A stretch of 64,000 bases of DNA from an uncultured cyanobacterium (GTDB taxonomy: Bacteria; Cyanobacteriota; Cyanobacteriia; Cyanobacteriales; Nostocaceae): NCBI GenBank assembly GCA_963706595.1, contig OY970166.1, positions 4,896,001 to 4,960,000 on the forward strand, written 5' to 3'. Every line of letters begins with the position of its first letter. The first letter of the stretch is position 1. Below the pieces are notes generated by a model, which saw only the letters and a list, made by a program, of their open reading frames with translations, was not told the DNA's origin and ran no database searches. The translations under genes were made by a program, and so were the position numbers. This document shows positions 41,439 to 53,381 of the stretch, piece after piece.

Positions 41439-42995
41439 TCACGCCCGAATCACCGTAATCCGACGTTGATTTTCCGTCACCACAACCTGGGTTGATAAAC
41501 GTTCTTCCATTGGTAGGGCATTTTTACGCCTATCAAACACAAATAACCAACCAAAATCCAACCCCAAACGCCCTAAATAGGATTCTAACTGCTCAATACC
41601 ATCAGTTTGGGGGTCACGCTTTTTCTCCCGCCATACCTTTAACTCAATACCTAACGTTACACCTTTGTAACGCAGACATAAATCCATTCTGTCACTACCA
41701 ATTGCATACTCCCTTTCCAAGATTCCACCACCATTGACAACACGATGCAAGAAAGCCATTAATACGATGTGAGGGGCAATTTCATGGTAGCCAGTGCTAC
41801 CTAATAACGGTTCTCCGTGCTGTCGCCAAAACTTGAGAAATGCTGCAAGTAACGCATCTATATTTAATTCTCCTTCTGGGGTTAACCAAGTCGGTGCAAT
41901 TCTTGGTAGAGAAGCCATTGGTGTCACCGTTAACACCCTGGGTAAAACTTCCCGATAAATGGGATTAGCAATGGTTAATCCACCTTGGGGGTGCATTTTA
42001 CACAAACCCAAATCAATCACAAATTGAATATCATCATTGGGTATATCCCCCAATTCCAAACCTGCTAACATTGGCTCGATAATTGCTTTTATCCTTGGTT
42101 CTCGTAAGCGTTCCGCTAAACTATCTAAATGAGTATCTTGACGAGCAATTAATATTTCCTTTGCCTGTAAAATGTGTTCTTTGGTAATAGCAATACTTCT
42201 ATCCTTAACCATTTTTTCCACAACTTCTTTAGCCAAAGCATTCACTAACCAAGGTTGTCCTTGGGTTAAATCAAAAGCTGTTGCAGTTGCTTCTGGTGTA
42301 AAAACTTGTCCTGTTTCTTGTGTATGTTGTTGATATAGTTCTACAACTTCTTCAGCATTAAAATTTCTCAGAGTAATGGAAGTGACTTTAATATTAAAAG
42401 GACTGGATGTGTTTAATCTGTCACTACCACCGGATGCTACTTTATAATCTCGCACATCTCTTAAACCAATTAATCCCACCGATGAGGGAAAATTGTCTGG
42501 ACGGTTGGGAAAACCATCTCTTAACTGTCGTAAAATTGAAATCAGAGTTTCATCTTGCAAAGAATCAATTTCATCAATAAATAATACCAAAGGTCGGGGT
42601 GAAGCTGTCGCCCATGCTTGCAAAAAAGCTCTAATTCTTTGTCCTGGTTCTTGGTTTTGCCATTGCTTAACAGGTGGTTGCAATTCATCGGGTAATCGGA
42701 TGGAAATTGTATTATACCAAGTTCCCAAAATCGCCAATTCTGCTGCACCTGGGTCATGATTAAATGCACTTCCTACCTCTACCGATACCATTACTGCTGC
42801 ATAACGTCCTGTATCGGTAAGTTGCTGTGCTAGGGCTAACATTGCTGTGGTTTTCCCTGTTTGTCGTGGTGCATGAAGGACAAAATAACTTTCTTGTTCA
42901 ATCAGCATTGATAAGTCAGGGAGACGACTTGTTGCTGGGAGTGTATAGTGTTTTTCAGGTTTACATGGACCTGCAATATTAAACCAGCGAGGCAT
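41439..42995 (-). CDS. AAA ATPase with C-terminal PD-(D/E)XK nuclease-like domain, copy 2
   Basis: Paralog of 38483-40033; start MPRWFN. Confidence 0.88.
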   Translation of the reverse strand: MPRWFNIAGPCKPEKHYTLPATSRLPDLSMLIEQESYFVLHAPRQTGKTTAMLALAQQLTDTGRYAAVMVSVEVGSAFNHDPGAAELAILGTWYNTISIRLPDELQPPVKQWQNQEPGQRIRAFLQAWATASPRPLVLFIDEIDSLQDETLISILRQLRDGFPNRPDNFPSSVGLIGLRDVRDYKVASGGSDRLNTSSPFNIKVTSITLRNFNAEEVVELYQQHTQETGQVFTPEATATAFDLTQGQPWLVNALAKEVVEKMVKDRSIAITKEHILQAKEILIARQDTHLDSLAERLREPRIKAIIEPMLAGLELGDIPNDDIQFVIDLGLCKMHPQGGLTIANPIYREVLPRVLTVTPMASLPRIAPTWLTPEGELNIDALLAAFLKFWRQHGEPLLGSTGYHEIAPHIVLMAFLHRVVNGGGILEREYAIGSDRMDLCLRYKGVTLGIELKVWREKKRDPQTDGIEQLESYLGRLGLDFGWLFVFDRRKNALPMEERLSTQVVVTENQRRITVIRA

Positions 42996-43228
42996 GGGAC
43001 TTTGGCAGTTAGCGGACACTTTGAGTTTAGACGATTTTGGGGTTGGGGAAGGCAATGTAGGGAAGAATTAGGTAATGTCTGAGAAAACCAAAAAACTTTT
43101 AGCAGAGAAAAATCAATGGATTGGCTGCTAGATACCACTTCAGAATCTCCTGATTTAAGGAAACGCTAGGGAATCATTGCACCTATCCTGACAAATCCTG
43201 ACTATATAAGCAATTCCCCAATTTATCA

Positions 43229-43244
43229 CCATATAACTGCTGTG
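43229..43244 (-). repeat. hupL element recombination site CACAGCAGTTATATGG
   Basis: Matches the 16-bp hupL element repeat known from PCC 7120. Confidence 0.95.
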
Positions 43245-43739
43245 AGGCCATTGCCCCCCTAATAAAGCATAGATTTCTACAGGTTTGGCGGAAATTGTCA
43301 CACCGATTTCGTAAGACTTACCAGTGTAAGCCGCAAACCTGCGACAAGCTTCTTCATAATAGCGACTACGACGGTATTTTTTATTAGTCAAATCAATGGC
43401 GAACAATCCATAAAAATACCGAGGAATACTTTGGAGAGTTTCGGCAATTTGACCCAAATTTCTCGCCAAAATTGCATTGCGAGGCACTTCTGCACCCCAA
43501 AGGGTATCTAATGCCCAAGATGCACTCGTGAGATGGGAACCACCGCAGATACCGCAAATCCGGGGTGTAACAATTAATCCGGCTTGGGGGTCTTTACCTC
43601 GGAGGATAATTTCAAATCCGCGAAACAGTTCCGCATGTGTCCAGGCGTTAACTACTCGCCCATTATCGATATCGACGCGCACATCTAAATCGCCTTCGAC
43701 TCTACCAACAGGCGAAATATCTAGTGTTTGAATTGTCAT
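43229..43739 (-). CDS. hupL: uptake hydrogenase large subunit, 5' segment
   Basis: PVGRVEG, RGFE, PRICGICG L1 motif; homology ends at WPHSSYMV. Confidence 0.97.
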
Positions 43740-43938
43740 TCTCCTCTCCTTTAATTAATTAGTAGGGTGCGTTACAGACATTTCTCCTCATGCACCTAAA
43801 ATCAGAATTGGTGCGTTACGCTACGCGATAACACACCCTACCTGTACAGAACGGCATAATCAGACTTACACAAAAAAGCTCTCAAATTCTCATAACTCTG
43901 TGTACTTTGTGCCTCTGCGGTTCGTTTCTTCCTGACTT

Positions 43939-44901
<963 letters not shown>

Positions 44902-45287
44902 TAGCTACACGTTTATCTATTGTTGATCATACCGGATCGAGGTGATAGGACTTGTAGAGTATCACCTGTTTACTAATACTTATTTATAAATATAATCTAT
45001 GATTTGTAAAAATTAAATTTCATTAAATAAAAATTAATTATTTAGGTAAGTTAGTACAAAACAAAATTAATTCCCACAATCAGCAATGGCAAAATAGATG
45101 TTAAATATCTTATGTGTTTAAAGCTGACATTAATATTAGCAATTTCCCCATAGAATTTCAGAAATAGATTGTTCTATAGTAAAAAAATTGATGAAAAGAC
45201 GCGATGATCGATAGACGCGATTCATCGCGTCTCTACAAGGGTGTGGGATTCAAAATCTGCGTAAATCCGCTTAGTTAATAAACCCAC

Positions 45288-46295
45288 TTGATGGGCGTTG
45301 ACAAAATTAAGGCAGTTATGAACCCCAGCATTACAGATTCAGCAGTTAAGGCGGCGATCGCAGCTATCGGATCAGAGTCAGCGACAGCAGCAGAGAAAAT
45401 CGAGATGCTGATCGAAATGGCACAAGGCTTTCATAAGCAGCCTAAAACCGCCCAAGATTTGCGGAACGCAGTGGGGCTATATTACCGAGCATATCAGATG
45501 TGTGGTGAGGAGTACGCCCTATTGAAAGCCCGCGCCTTGGTGGGGATGGCAGGGACGTTACAGAGTATTCCTGATCAAGGTTCTCAACTGCTGCTGCAAG
45601 CGAAAGCCAGTTATGAAGAGGCTTTGCCTATTTTACAACAATTAGCTTTGCCAGAAGAATTAGCCGAGGCACAGATGAATTTTGGGTTGGTGTTGCAGTC
45701 TTTAGTACCATTCAATTTGGCACGCATGACGGACAGTATCAAAGCTTATCATCAGGCTTTGGAGGTGTTTACCTGGGAGGATTACCCACAAGAATACGCA
45801 ATTTTATACAATAATATTGCGATCGCCTACCTTTCCATGCCCATGTCATCAGAACGGGAATATTTGCGTCAGGGTTTAGCAGTGCAGTCATTTGAAGTGG
45901 CATTAAAGCATATTAACTTAATTGACCATCCCAGGGAATATGCAATGTTACAGAACAACTTGGGTAACGCGTTGCAATATTTAGTCAGTTCCCATCCTGT
46001 AGATAATAACTTACGTGCGATCGCCGCTTATGACGAAGCCTTAAAAGTGCGTAACGCCAGAGACACACCCTTAGAATATGCTAACACCATATCTAACAAA
46101 GCTAACGCCTTATTCAACTTACCCGATGACCTCGAAAAACCAGAAGCTGGTAATCCTCAAAATCTGTTAAAAGCATATACCTACTATCAAGAAGCTTGGG
46201 GAATATTTACCCAAAATCAGCAAACAGCACAAGCAGAAGCCGTCGCCCAAGCCATACAAGATGTAGAAGTAGAAATGCGAGTAGGTATGGATTAG
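45288..46295 (+). CDS. TPR protein of the extended hyp operon (start uncertain)
   Basis: YA..QNNLGNA-type repeats; conserved position upstream of hypF. Confidence 0.85.
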   Translation: MMGVDKIKAVMNPSITDSAVKAAIAAIGSESATAAEKIEMLIEMAQGFHKQPKTAQDLRNAVGLYYRAYQMCGEEYALLKARALVGMAGTLQSIPDQGSQLLLQAKASYEEALPILQQLALPEELAEAQMNFGLVLQSLVPFNLARMTDSIKAYHQALEVFTWEDYPQEYAILYNNIAIAYLSMPMSSEREYLRQGLAVQSFEVALKHINLIDHPREYAMLQNNLGNALQYLVSSHPVDNNLRAIAAYDEALKVRNARDTPLEYANTISNKANALFNLPDDLEKPEAGNPQNLLKAYTYYQEAWGIFTQNQQTAQAEAVAQAIQDVEVEMRVGMD

Positions 46296-46327
46296 CCTGG
46301 CATTTTTCCCCTCATTTCATAACTACC

Positions 46328-46594
46328 ATGACAGAAATTTTGAACAACCCAGAAATCAGAGATTTTCTCACAAGTTTAGCAGCAGGTGAATTGAACATCG
46401 CCACAGAATTCGCCTGGATAGTCATAGCCACAGCCTTATCAATGATTAGTGGTGCTATTGGCGCAATGCTGTTAGCTGGGAAAGACATTGGTTATCAATT
46501 TGCAGCAACATTAGGCGCATTATTTGGACCGGCTGGTGTAATTCCCGCCATATTCTTAAGTTTTGCCGTACTAAAATTATTCACCAATTATTAG
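46328..46594 (+). CDS. small membrane protein
   Basis: Two hydrophobic segments; extended hyp operon. Confidence 0.75.
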   Translation: MTEILNNPEIRDFLTSLAAGELNIATEFAWIVIATALSMISGAIGAMLLAGKDIGYQFAATLGALFGPAGVIPAIFLSFAVLKLFTNY

Positions 46595-46602
46595 GAGTAA
46601 TC

Positions 46603-46827
46603 ATGTTTGAAATTGCATGGCTTTCAGCGAAATTATTTTTCAAAGGAAAACTACTGCGCGATCGCAGATATTTTTTCAAACAAATTGTGATTGGTACAAG
46701 CATTGCTTCCATGATCATCCTATCATTATCGCAAACAAAATTACCCCTTTGGCTACCAATAACAGTATCTAGTTTAGTCACAGGTACAGTAATGCCATTT
46801 CTCCTCAAAGATTTCAAAATGAAATAG
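46603..46827 (+). CDS. small membrane protein
   Basis: AGGAG RBS; hydrophobic 74 aa. Confidence 0.75.
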   Translation: MFEIAWLSAKLFFKGKLLRDRRYFFKQIVIGTSIASMIILSLSQTKLPLWLPITVSSLVTGTVMPFLLKDFKMK

Positions 46828-47021
46828 ATATCCTGACAGATAAACCTCCCAATTTAGTAAAAACATAGAATACCGACGCAAAAGACCTATTAAACCCTCT
46901 TACCTTGGCGTTCTTTGCGTCTAAAGCCCAGGGGGCATACGCTGCGCGTTAGCGGAGCTTCGCTTTAGCGATAGGCGGTTCGTTCTAAATTTATTTCCCA
47001 ACGAATAAAGACGAGATAATA

Positions 47022-47855
47022 ATGACAAAACTGGAAGAACTAATTCAAGAAATCAATCGATTTGAAGCAATAATAGCCCAATGGGATGAAAGCCAAAGAT
47101 GTGTAGCAGTAGGACTAAAAAGAGCCATCGAAGACTTACATAAAGCAGCACTAACACATTTAATCAAAAGCCTGAAACAAGAATCAATGTCAGCCTTGCG
47201 CCAAGCCGTAGACGATGAAATAGTATATTCAGTTTTGCTTTATCACGAACTAATTAAACCACCACAAGCACCATTAATAGAAAGAATTCAAACAGCCTTA
47301 GAAGAAGTGCGCCCAGGTTTAAAAAGCCATGATGGCGATGTAGAATTTATCGCCATTAAACCACCAGATACGGTCGAAGTTAAATTAATTGGAAGTTGTA
47401 GCAGTTGTCCGACTTCAACTTTAACTTTAACTCAGAGTGTAGAACAGGCAATAAAAAATCATTGTCCCGAAATTACTAAAGTTGTAGCAGTCAATCATAC
47501 TTCCACTGACAACAGTCCATTTACGCCAGAAGATACCTCTACTTGGGTTAAACTAACAACAATTGATCAAATTCCTGAATCTGGGATATTGACAGGTAAA
47601 GTTGGCAAAAATTCCTTAATTTTATATCGCCAAGGTGAAAATGTTACCTGTTATCTAAATGCTTGTCCACATTTAGCAACTCCCTTGGATATGGGGAAAT
47701 TAGATCATGGTATTCTAACTTGTAAATCGCATGGATTTCAGTATAACTTAGAAACTGGCGAATGTTTAACTGTTGCTGATGTCCCATTACAGTCATATCC
47801 AGTCCAAATTAAAGGTGAGAAAGTTTTTGTAAAATTGCCCAAATATTCAATTTAA
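47022..47855 (+). CDS. NifU-C + Rieske domain protein
   Basis: VRPGL.SH.GDVE, GSCSSC; CPH...CKSHG. Confidence 0.9.
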   Translation: MTKLEELIQEINRFEAIIAQWDESQRCVAVGLKRAIEDLHKAALTHLIKSLKQESMSALRQAVDDEIVYSVLLYHELIKPPQAPLIERIQTALEEVRPGLKSHDGDVEFIAIKPPDTVEVKLIGSCSSCPTSTLTLTQSVEQAIKNHCPEITKVVAVNHTSTDNSPFTPEDTSTWVKLTTIDQIPESGILTGKVGKNSLILYRQGENVTCYLNACPHLATPLDMGKLDHGILTCKSHGFQYNLETGECLTVADVPLQSYPVQIKGEKVFVKLPKYSI

Positions 47856-47932
47856 TTGCAAAATTGCCACCATTGATACACGTTGATATCAGCCAATGAG
47901 TTTAAATAACGATCAGTGTTTATCTCCGGTTC

Positions 47933-49108
47933 ATGGATATACCCATAAATCTTAATCCTGCATTAGACTTATTACCTTTATTATCTGATAGTCCCAAAGT
48001 TATTTTAGGTAATATTCTTGAACCAGAAATATTAGCTATACCTATAGCACCTAGTCCGATAAATATGTTCGGTCCGCGTAGTGCTTGTTTATTATCTGAA
48101 ACAGGGTCTTTGTGGGTATCAGATACAGGACATCATCGATTATTGGGATGGCGAAATTTACCCACCAGAGATAGTCAACCGGCTGACTGGGTAATTGGAC
48201 AACCTGATTTTTATCATGAAGGTCAAAATGCTAAAGGTACACCAGGAAGAAATACTTTTAGTGTCCCCACATTAATTTGTGCTTGTGGTACAGGTTTAGC
48301 AGTAGCTGATGCTTGGAATCATCGGATATTGATTTGGAAAAATGTCCCAGAAGATAGTCATGTTCCAGCAGATTTGGTGTTAGGACAAGCTGATTTTAGC
48401 CAAAATGAACCAAATAGAGGAACTCATCAAGCTGCTGCTAATACTATGCACTGGCCTTATGGTGTTTTCTATCACCAAGGAAAGCTATTTGTCGCTGATA
48501 CGGGAAATCGCAGGTTATTAATTTGGCAGCAATTACCGACAGAAAATGGTCAACCGGCTGACTTAGTTTTGGGACAACCAGACATGATATCTCGCAACGA
48601 AAATGGGGGGAGTTCTCCGACTGCGGCGAGTATGCGTTGGTGTCATGATATTACTATTTGGGGAGACAATTTAGTTGTAGCTGATGCTGGTAATCACCGG
48701 GTGATGATTTGGGAGGGAATACCTACAGAAAATAATGCCCCTTGTGCGGTGGTTTTAGGACAAAAAAGTTTTGATTCTGTGGAAATGAATCAAGGTGTTT
48801 ATTTGCCTAGTGCTAGCAGTTTAAGTATGCCTTATGGTGTAGCGGTTGGTAATGATTGTTTGATGGTTGCTGATACTGCAAATTCTCGTTTGTTAGGATG
48901 GAGAAAGCCGGAGTCTCAATTTTTATCCGGGGCGGTTGCTGATGGTTTGGCGGGACAAGTTAGTTTTAAATCTAAGGGTGAAAATCGTGATTTTGGATTA
49001 CCTGGGCGAGATACTTTGAATTGGTGTTATGGGGTGAAGGTTTTTGGTGATGTGGCGATAATTGCTGATTCTGGGAATAATCGGGTTTTGTTGTGGGGTT
49101 TGGAGTAA
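47933..49108 (+). CDS. NHL-repeat beta-propeller protein
   Basis: Repeated VAD.GN.R.L.W...AD.VLGQ. Confidence 0.88.
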   Translation: MDIPINLNPALDLLPLLSDSPKVILGNILEPEILAIPIAPSPINMFGPRSACLLSETGSLWVSDTGHHRLLGWRNLPTRDSQPADWVIGQPDFYHEGQNAKGTPGRNTFSVPTLICACGTGLAVADAWNHRILIWKNVPEDSHVPADLVLGQADFSQNEPNRGTHQAAANTMHWPYGVFYHQGKLFVADTGNRRLLIWQQLPTENGQPADLVLGQPDMISRNENGGSSPTAASMRWCHDITIWGDNLVVADAGNHRVMIWEGIPTENNAPCAVVLGQKSFDSVEMNQGVYLPSASSLSMPYGVAVGNDCLMVADTANSRLLGWRKPESQFLSGAVADGLAGQVSFKSKGENRDFGLPGRDTLNWCYGVKVFGDVAIIADSGNNRVLLWGLE

Positions 49109-49150
49109 GAGGTGTTTCACGCAAAGGCGCAAAGACGCAAAGTAAGAAGA

Positions 49151-51494
49151 ATGGAAGAGATTCGGGTTCGGGGGACTGTTCAAGGTGTGGGATTTCGTCC
49201 TACTGTTTATCGTCTGGCTAAGGTTTGTGGTTTGTTTGGTGATGTTTGTAATGATGGAGAGGGTGTTTTAATTCGGGTTTCGGGGAGTGAGGCGGCTATT
49301 ACGGAGTTTATCAACAAACTATATATTGAATGTCCTCCTTTGGGGAAAATTCAGGAGTTGACGAGAGTTTGTTATGAAGGTGATGGGGATTTTACTGATT
49401 TTGTGATTTCTCGTAGTGTGAGTGGTTCTAAAAATACAGAAGTTACTCCTGATGCGGCGATTTGTCCCCAATGTCAACAGGAAATTTTTGACCCTTTTAG
49501 CCGTTTTTATCGTTACCCTTTTACTAATTGTACTCATTGCGGTCCTCGCTTCAGTATCATTCGTGGGATTCCTTACGATAGATGCAATACCAGTATGTCT
49601 GCGTTTGCTATGTGTGCTGAATGTGAAGGGGAGTATGAAAATGTAGAAAATCGCCGTTTTCACGCCCAACCTGTAGCTTGTCATACTTGCGGACCGAATG
49701 CTTGGTTAGAACGGGCTGATGGTAAACCTGTTACGGCTTCGATGTTTTCAATGATGGATGATGTTGATGCTGTTTGTACTCTGTTGCAAAAAGGCGAAAT
49801 TGTGGCTATTAAAGGGTTGGGTGGTATTCATCTAGCTTGTGACGCAACTCAAGAAGCTGCTGTACAAAAATTGCGTCAGCGTAAACGACGTTATCACAAA
49901 CCTTTGGCTTTAATGGCGCGAGATATAGGAGTAATTACAGAATATTGTACTGTTAATACAAAAGAAAAAGAATTATTAGCAAGTTCTGCTGCGCCTATTG
50001 TATTGTTACAGAAAAATCCTGAATGTCTAATTGCGCCTTCTGTTTCACCGGGACTAAATCATATCGGGTTTATGTTACCTTATACGCCTTTACATCATTT
50101 AATTTTGCGGCGGATGAATCGCCCGATTGTGTTGACGAGTGGGAATATTGCTGATGAACCACAATGTATTGATAATGGAGAAGCTAGAGAAAAGTTAGGT
50201 CATATTGCTGATTATTTTCTTTTGCATAATCGAGATATTGTGAATCGAGTAGATGATTCTGTTGTGCGGGTGATTGATAATCAAGTAAAAGTTATTCGCC
50301 GGGCTAGAGGATATGCACCAGCACCGATAATTTTACCACCTGGTTTTGAGAATGTAACGCCAATTTTAGCAATGGGTAGCGAGTTGAAAAATACCTTTTG
50401 TTTATTACGCGACAATGAAGCAATTCTTTCTCAACATTTGGGTGATTTAGAAAATGCTGCGGCTTTTCATGCTTATCAAGATACACTCAATTTATATTTA
50501 AATTTATTTGAGCATCAACCAGAGGCGATCGCTATTGATAAACACCCTGAATATCTTGCCACAAAACTCGGTAAAGAAATCGCATCTGTTAATAAACTTA
50601 AACTTCATCCTATCCAACATCATCACGCCCATATTGCTGCTTGTATGGCAGAAAATGGCATTCCTTTAGATTCTCCCCCAGTTTTAGGTATTGCTTTAGA
50701 TGGATTAGGTTATGGCGAAGATGGCAAATTTTGGGGAGGAGAATTTCTGTTAGCAGATTATCGAAAGTTTCAGCGCCTCGCAACATTTAAACCAGTGGCG
50801 ATGATTGGCGGTGAAAAAGCAATTTATCAGCCTTGGCGTAACACCTACGCCCACTTACTCAATGCTGATATTTGGGACGAATGCCAACAAAAATATTCTG
50901 AGTTGGAAATTATCAAATTTTTGCAACAACAGCCATTACAGGTACTTAAACAGGCTGTAGAAAAAGGAATTAACTCGCCGCTAGCCTCATCCGTAGGGAG
51001 GTTGTTTGATGCAGTAGCTGCGGCTATCGGCATTTATCCAGAAGAATGTAGCTATGAAGGACAGAGTGCGATCGCAATGGAAGCCTTAGTAAAACCTAGC
51101 AGCTTAAATAATTATGAAGAAACGCTAAATTATCCTTTTAATCTTAACTTTTCAGATAGCATTTATTATATAGACTCAAAACCAATGTGGCAAGCCCTGC
51201 TTCAAGACTTGCAAAAACAGATTAGTCAATCAGAGATAGCTACAAAATTCCATAAATGTTTAGCTCAAATTATTGTAAATGTAGTTAAACATCTTGCTCA
51301 AGAAAACCTGATTAATCAAGTTGTATTAACCGGAGGAGTATTTCAGAACTGTATTTTATTAACACAAGTTACTCAGGGCTTACAAAAGTTAGGACATAAA
51401 CGTAATAACTCACAGTTTACTACCCTCCAACGACGGCAACATATCACTAGGACAAGCAGTAATTACAGCCGCCCAATTAATCCCCAACTCTTAA
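49151..51494 (+). pseudogene. hypF: carbamoyltransferase HypF, +1 frameshift near 51394 (apparent read-through into hypC)
   Basis: VQGVGFRP, Zn fingers, HHHAH; conserved end PSNDGNISLGQA...* lies in the +1 frame and stops at 51494. Confidence 0.9.
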
Positions 51495-51547
51495 TCTTCA
51501 CTCTGCGTTCTCTGCGCCTCTGTGGTTCGTTATATCCAGAAAAAAAA

Positions 51548-51808
51548 ATGTGCTTAGGAATCCCCGGACAAATAGTAGAAATCAGCGACATTAACCATAA
51601 ACTAGCCATAGTTAATATAGCTGGAGTCAAACGCCAAATAAACATAGCCTGCATAGTCAACGAACAACATCCCCCCGAAAAATGTATAGGAGATTGGGTA
51701 TTAGTTCACGTAGGCTTCGCCATGAATCGTATCAACGAACAAGAAGCAGCCGAAACATTAAAACTATTAGAAGAACTAGCAACAGCCCAAGCCCAAATAA
51801 CCAACTAA
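51548..51808 (+). CDS. hypC: HypC
   Basis: MCLGIPG...GDWVLVHVGFA. Confidence 0.96.
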   Translation: MCLGIPGQIVEISDINHKLAIVNIAGVKRQINIACIVNEQHPPEKCIGDWVLVHVGFAMNRINEQEAAETLKLLEELATAQAQITN

Positions 51809-51886
51809 AACTCCTCCTCCTCCTTGGCGTACTTGGCGACTTGGCGGTTCGTTTAAAACCCCCCTAAAAAAAAGCGAAAATACCCC

Positions 51887-53026
51887 ATGAAATACGTCAA
51901 CGAATTTCGAGAACCTGAAAAAGCCGCAGCCTTACGCAACCAAATAACCCAACTATGCGACCAACTAAAAAAACCCATAAAACTGATGGAAGTATGCGGT
52001 GGACATACCCATTCCATATTTAAATACGGTATAGAAGACATCCTACCCCCCAACCTAGAACTCATCCACGGGCCTGGTTGTCCAGTATGCGTCATGCCAA
52101 AAGGGAGATTAGACGATGCGATCGCCATATCCCAAAATCATAACGTCATTCTCGCCACATTTGGCGACACCATGAGAGTTCCCGGTTCCCATACCAACCT
52201 CCTGCAAGCCAAAGCCCAAGGCGCAGATATCCGCATGGTATACTCCCCCCTGGATAGCCTGCAAATCGCCAGAGACAACCCAGACAAAGAAATAGTCTTC
52301 TTCGCCCTCGGCTTTGAAACCACCGCCCCCAGTACCGCCCTCACCATATTGCAAGCAGCAGCCGAAAACATCACCAACTTTAGTATGTTTTCCAATCATG
52401 TTCTTGTTATACCAGCCCTTCAAGCCCTACTAGATAACCCAGATTTACAACTAGATGGATTTATTGGGCCTGGTCATGTCAGCATGGTAATTGGTACAGA
52501 ACCATATCAATTTATTGCCCAAAAATATGATAAACCCATAGTAATTTCCGGCTTTGAACCCTTAGATATCTTGCAATCAATTTGGATGATATTACAGCAG
52601 TTAGTAGAAAACCGTTGTGAAGTAGAAAACCAATATAACAGATTAGTAGAACCAGCCGGAAATTTAGTCGCATTGCAAGCCATGAACCAAGTATTTGCAG
52701 TGCGAGAAAAATTTGATTGGCGAGGCTTAGGTGAAATACCGGAATCAGGCTTAAAAATTCGGGCTGAATACGCCCAATTCGATGCCGAAAATAAATTTAT
52801 TATTCCTAACTTAAAAGTAGCAGACCATAAAGCTTGTAAATGTGGAGAAATTCTCAAAGGAGTCTTAAAACCTTGGGAATGTAAAGTATTTGGTACAGCT
52901 TGCACACCAGAAACACCCATTGGTAGCTGCATGGTTTCATCAGAAGGTGCGTGTGCAGCCTACTACAAATATGGACGACTTTCTGCAATTAGTAAAAAAG
53001 CCCAAAAATTAGCCACATCCAAATAA
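51887..53026 (+). CDS. hypD: HypD
   Basis: MEVCGGHTH, GPGCPVC, GFETT, CMVSSEGAC. Confidence 0.98.
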   Translation: MKYVNEFREPEKAAALRNQITQLCDQLKKPIKLMEVCGGHTHSIFKYGIEDILPPNLELIHGPGCPVCVMPKGRLDDAIAISQNHNVILATFGDTMRVPGSHTNLLQAKAQGADIRMVYSPLDSLQIARDNPDKEIVFFALGFETTAPSTALTILQAAAENITNFSMFSNHVLVIPALQALLDNPDLQLDGFIGPGHVSMVIGTEPYQFIAQKYDKPIVISGFEPLDILQSIWMILQQLVENRCEVENQYNRLVEPAGNLVALQAMNQVFAVREKFDWRGLGEIPESGLKIRAEYAQFDAENKFIIPNLKVADHKACKCGEILKGVLKPWECKVFGTACTPETPIGSCMVSSEGACAAYYKYGRLSAISKKAQKLATSK

Positions 53027-53108
53027 CTATAACTATTCTCTAACTCCCCTCCTCGCTTGCGGGGAGGGGCTGGGGGTGGGGTGATTCACAAACTAGGAGA
53101 AAAAATAT

Positions 53109-53324
53109 ATGCCATTTATCACAGTCCAAATAGCCAAAGGTCACTCAGTCGAGAAAAAGCGCCAACTAGTCAAAGCACTAACCGAGACACTAATTGAAAC
53201 CTTGGGTGCTAAACCAGAATGGATAACCATACATATTGACGAATTTGAGCGAGAAAATTGGGCAGTTGGCGGTCAATTGCATATAGATAAACACAGTGGT
53301 AGACATAAAGAAAAAGGCATCTAA
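53109..53324 (+). CDS. 4-oxalocrotonate tautomerase family protein
   Basis: N-terminal MP, ENWAVGG; usual hypD-hypE position in Nostocales. Confidence 0.9.
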   Translation: MPFITVQIAKGHSVEKKRQLVKALTETLIETLGAKPEWITIHIDEFERENWAVGGQLHIDKHSGRHKEKGI

Positions 53325-53381
53325 ACTTCCTCTTCCTCTCTTCCTTCGCTACCTTCGTTACTTCGTGGTTCGTTTTTTTAT

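Larger units (their letters stand above)
31443..43244. mobile_element. hupL excision element (11802 bp), XisC type
   Basis: 16-bp direct repeats at HSSYM; xisC at one end; removal restores the hupL frame. Confidence 0.95.

Noticed and set aside
49112..51808. Genuine 898-aa HypF-HypC fusion protein
   Set aside because: The conserved HypF C-terminus is present in the +1 frame with its own stop, and the linker is translated intergenic repeat sequence
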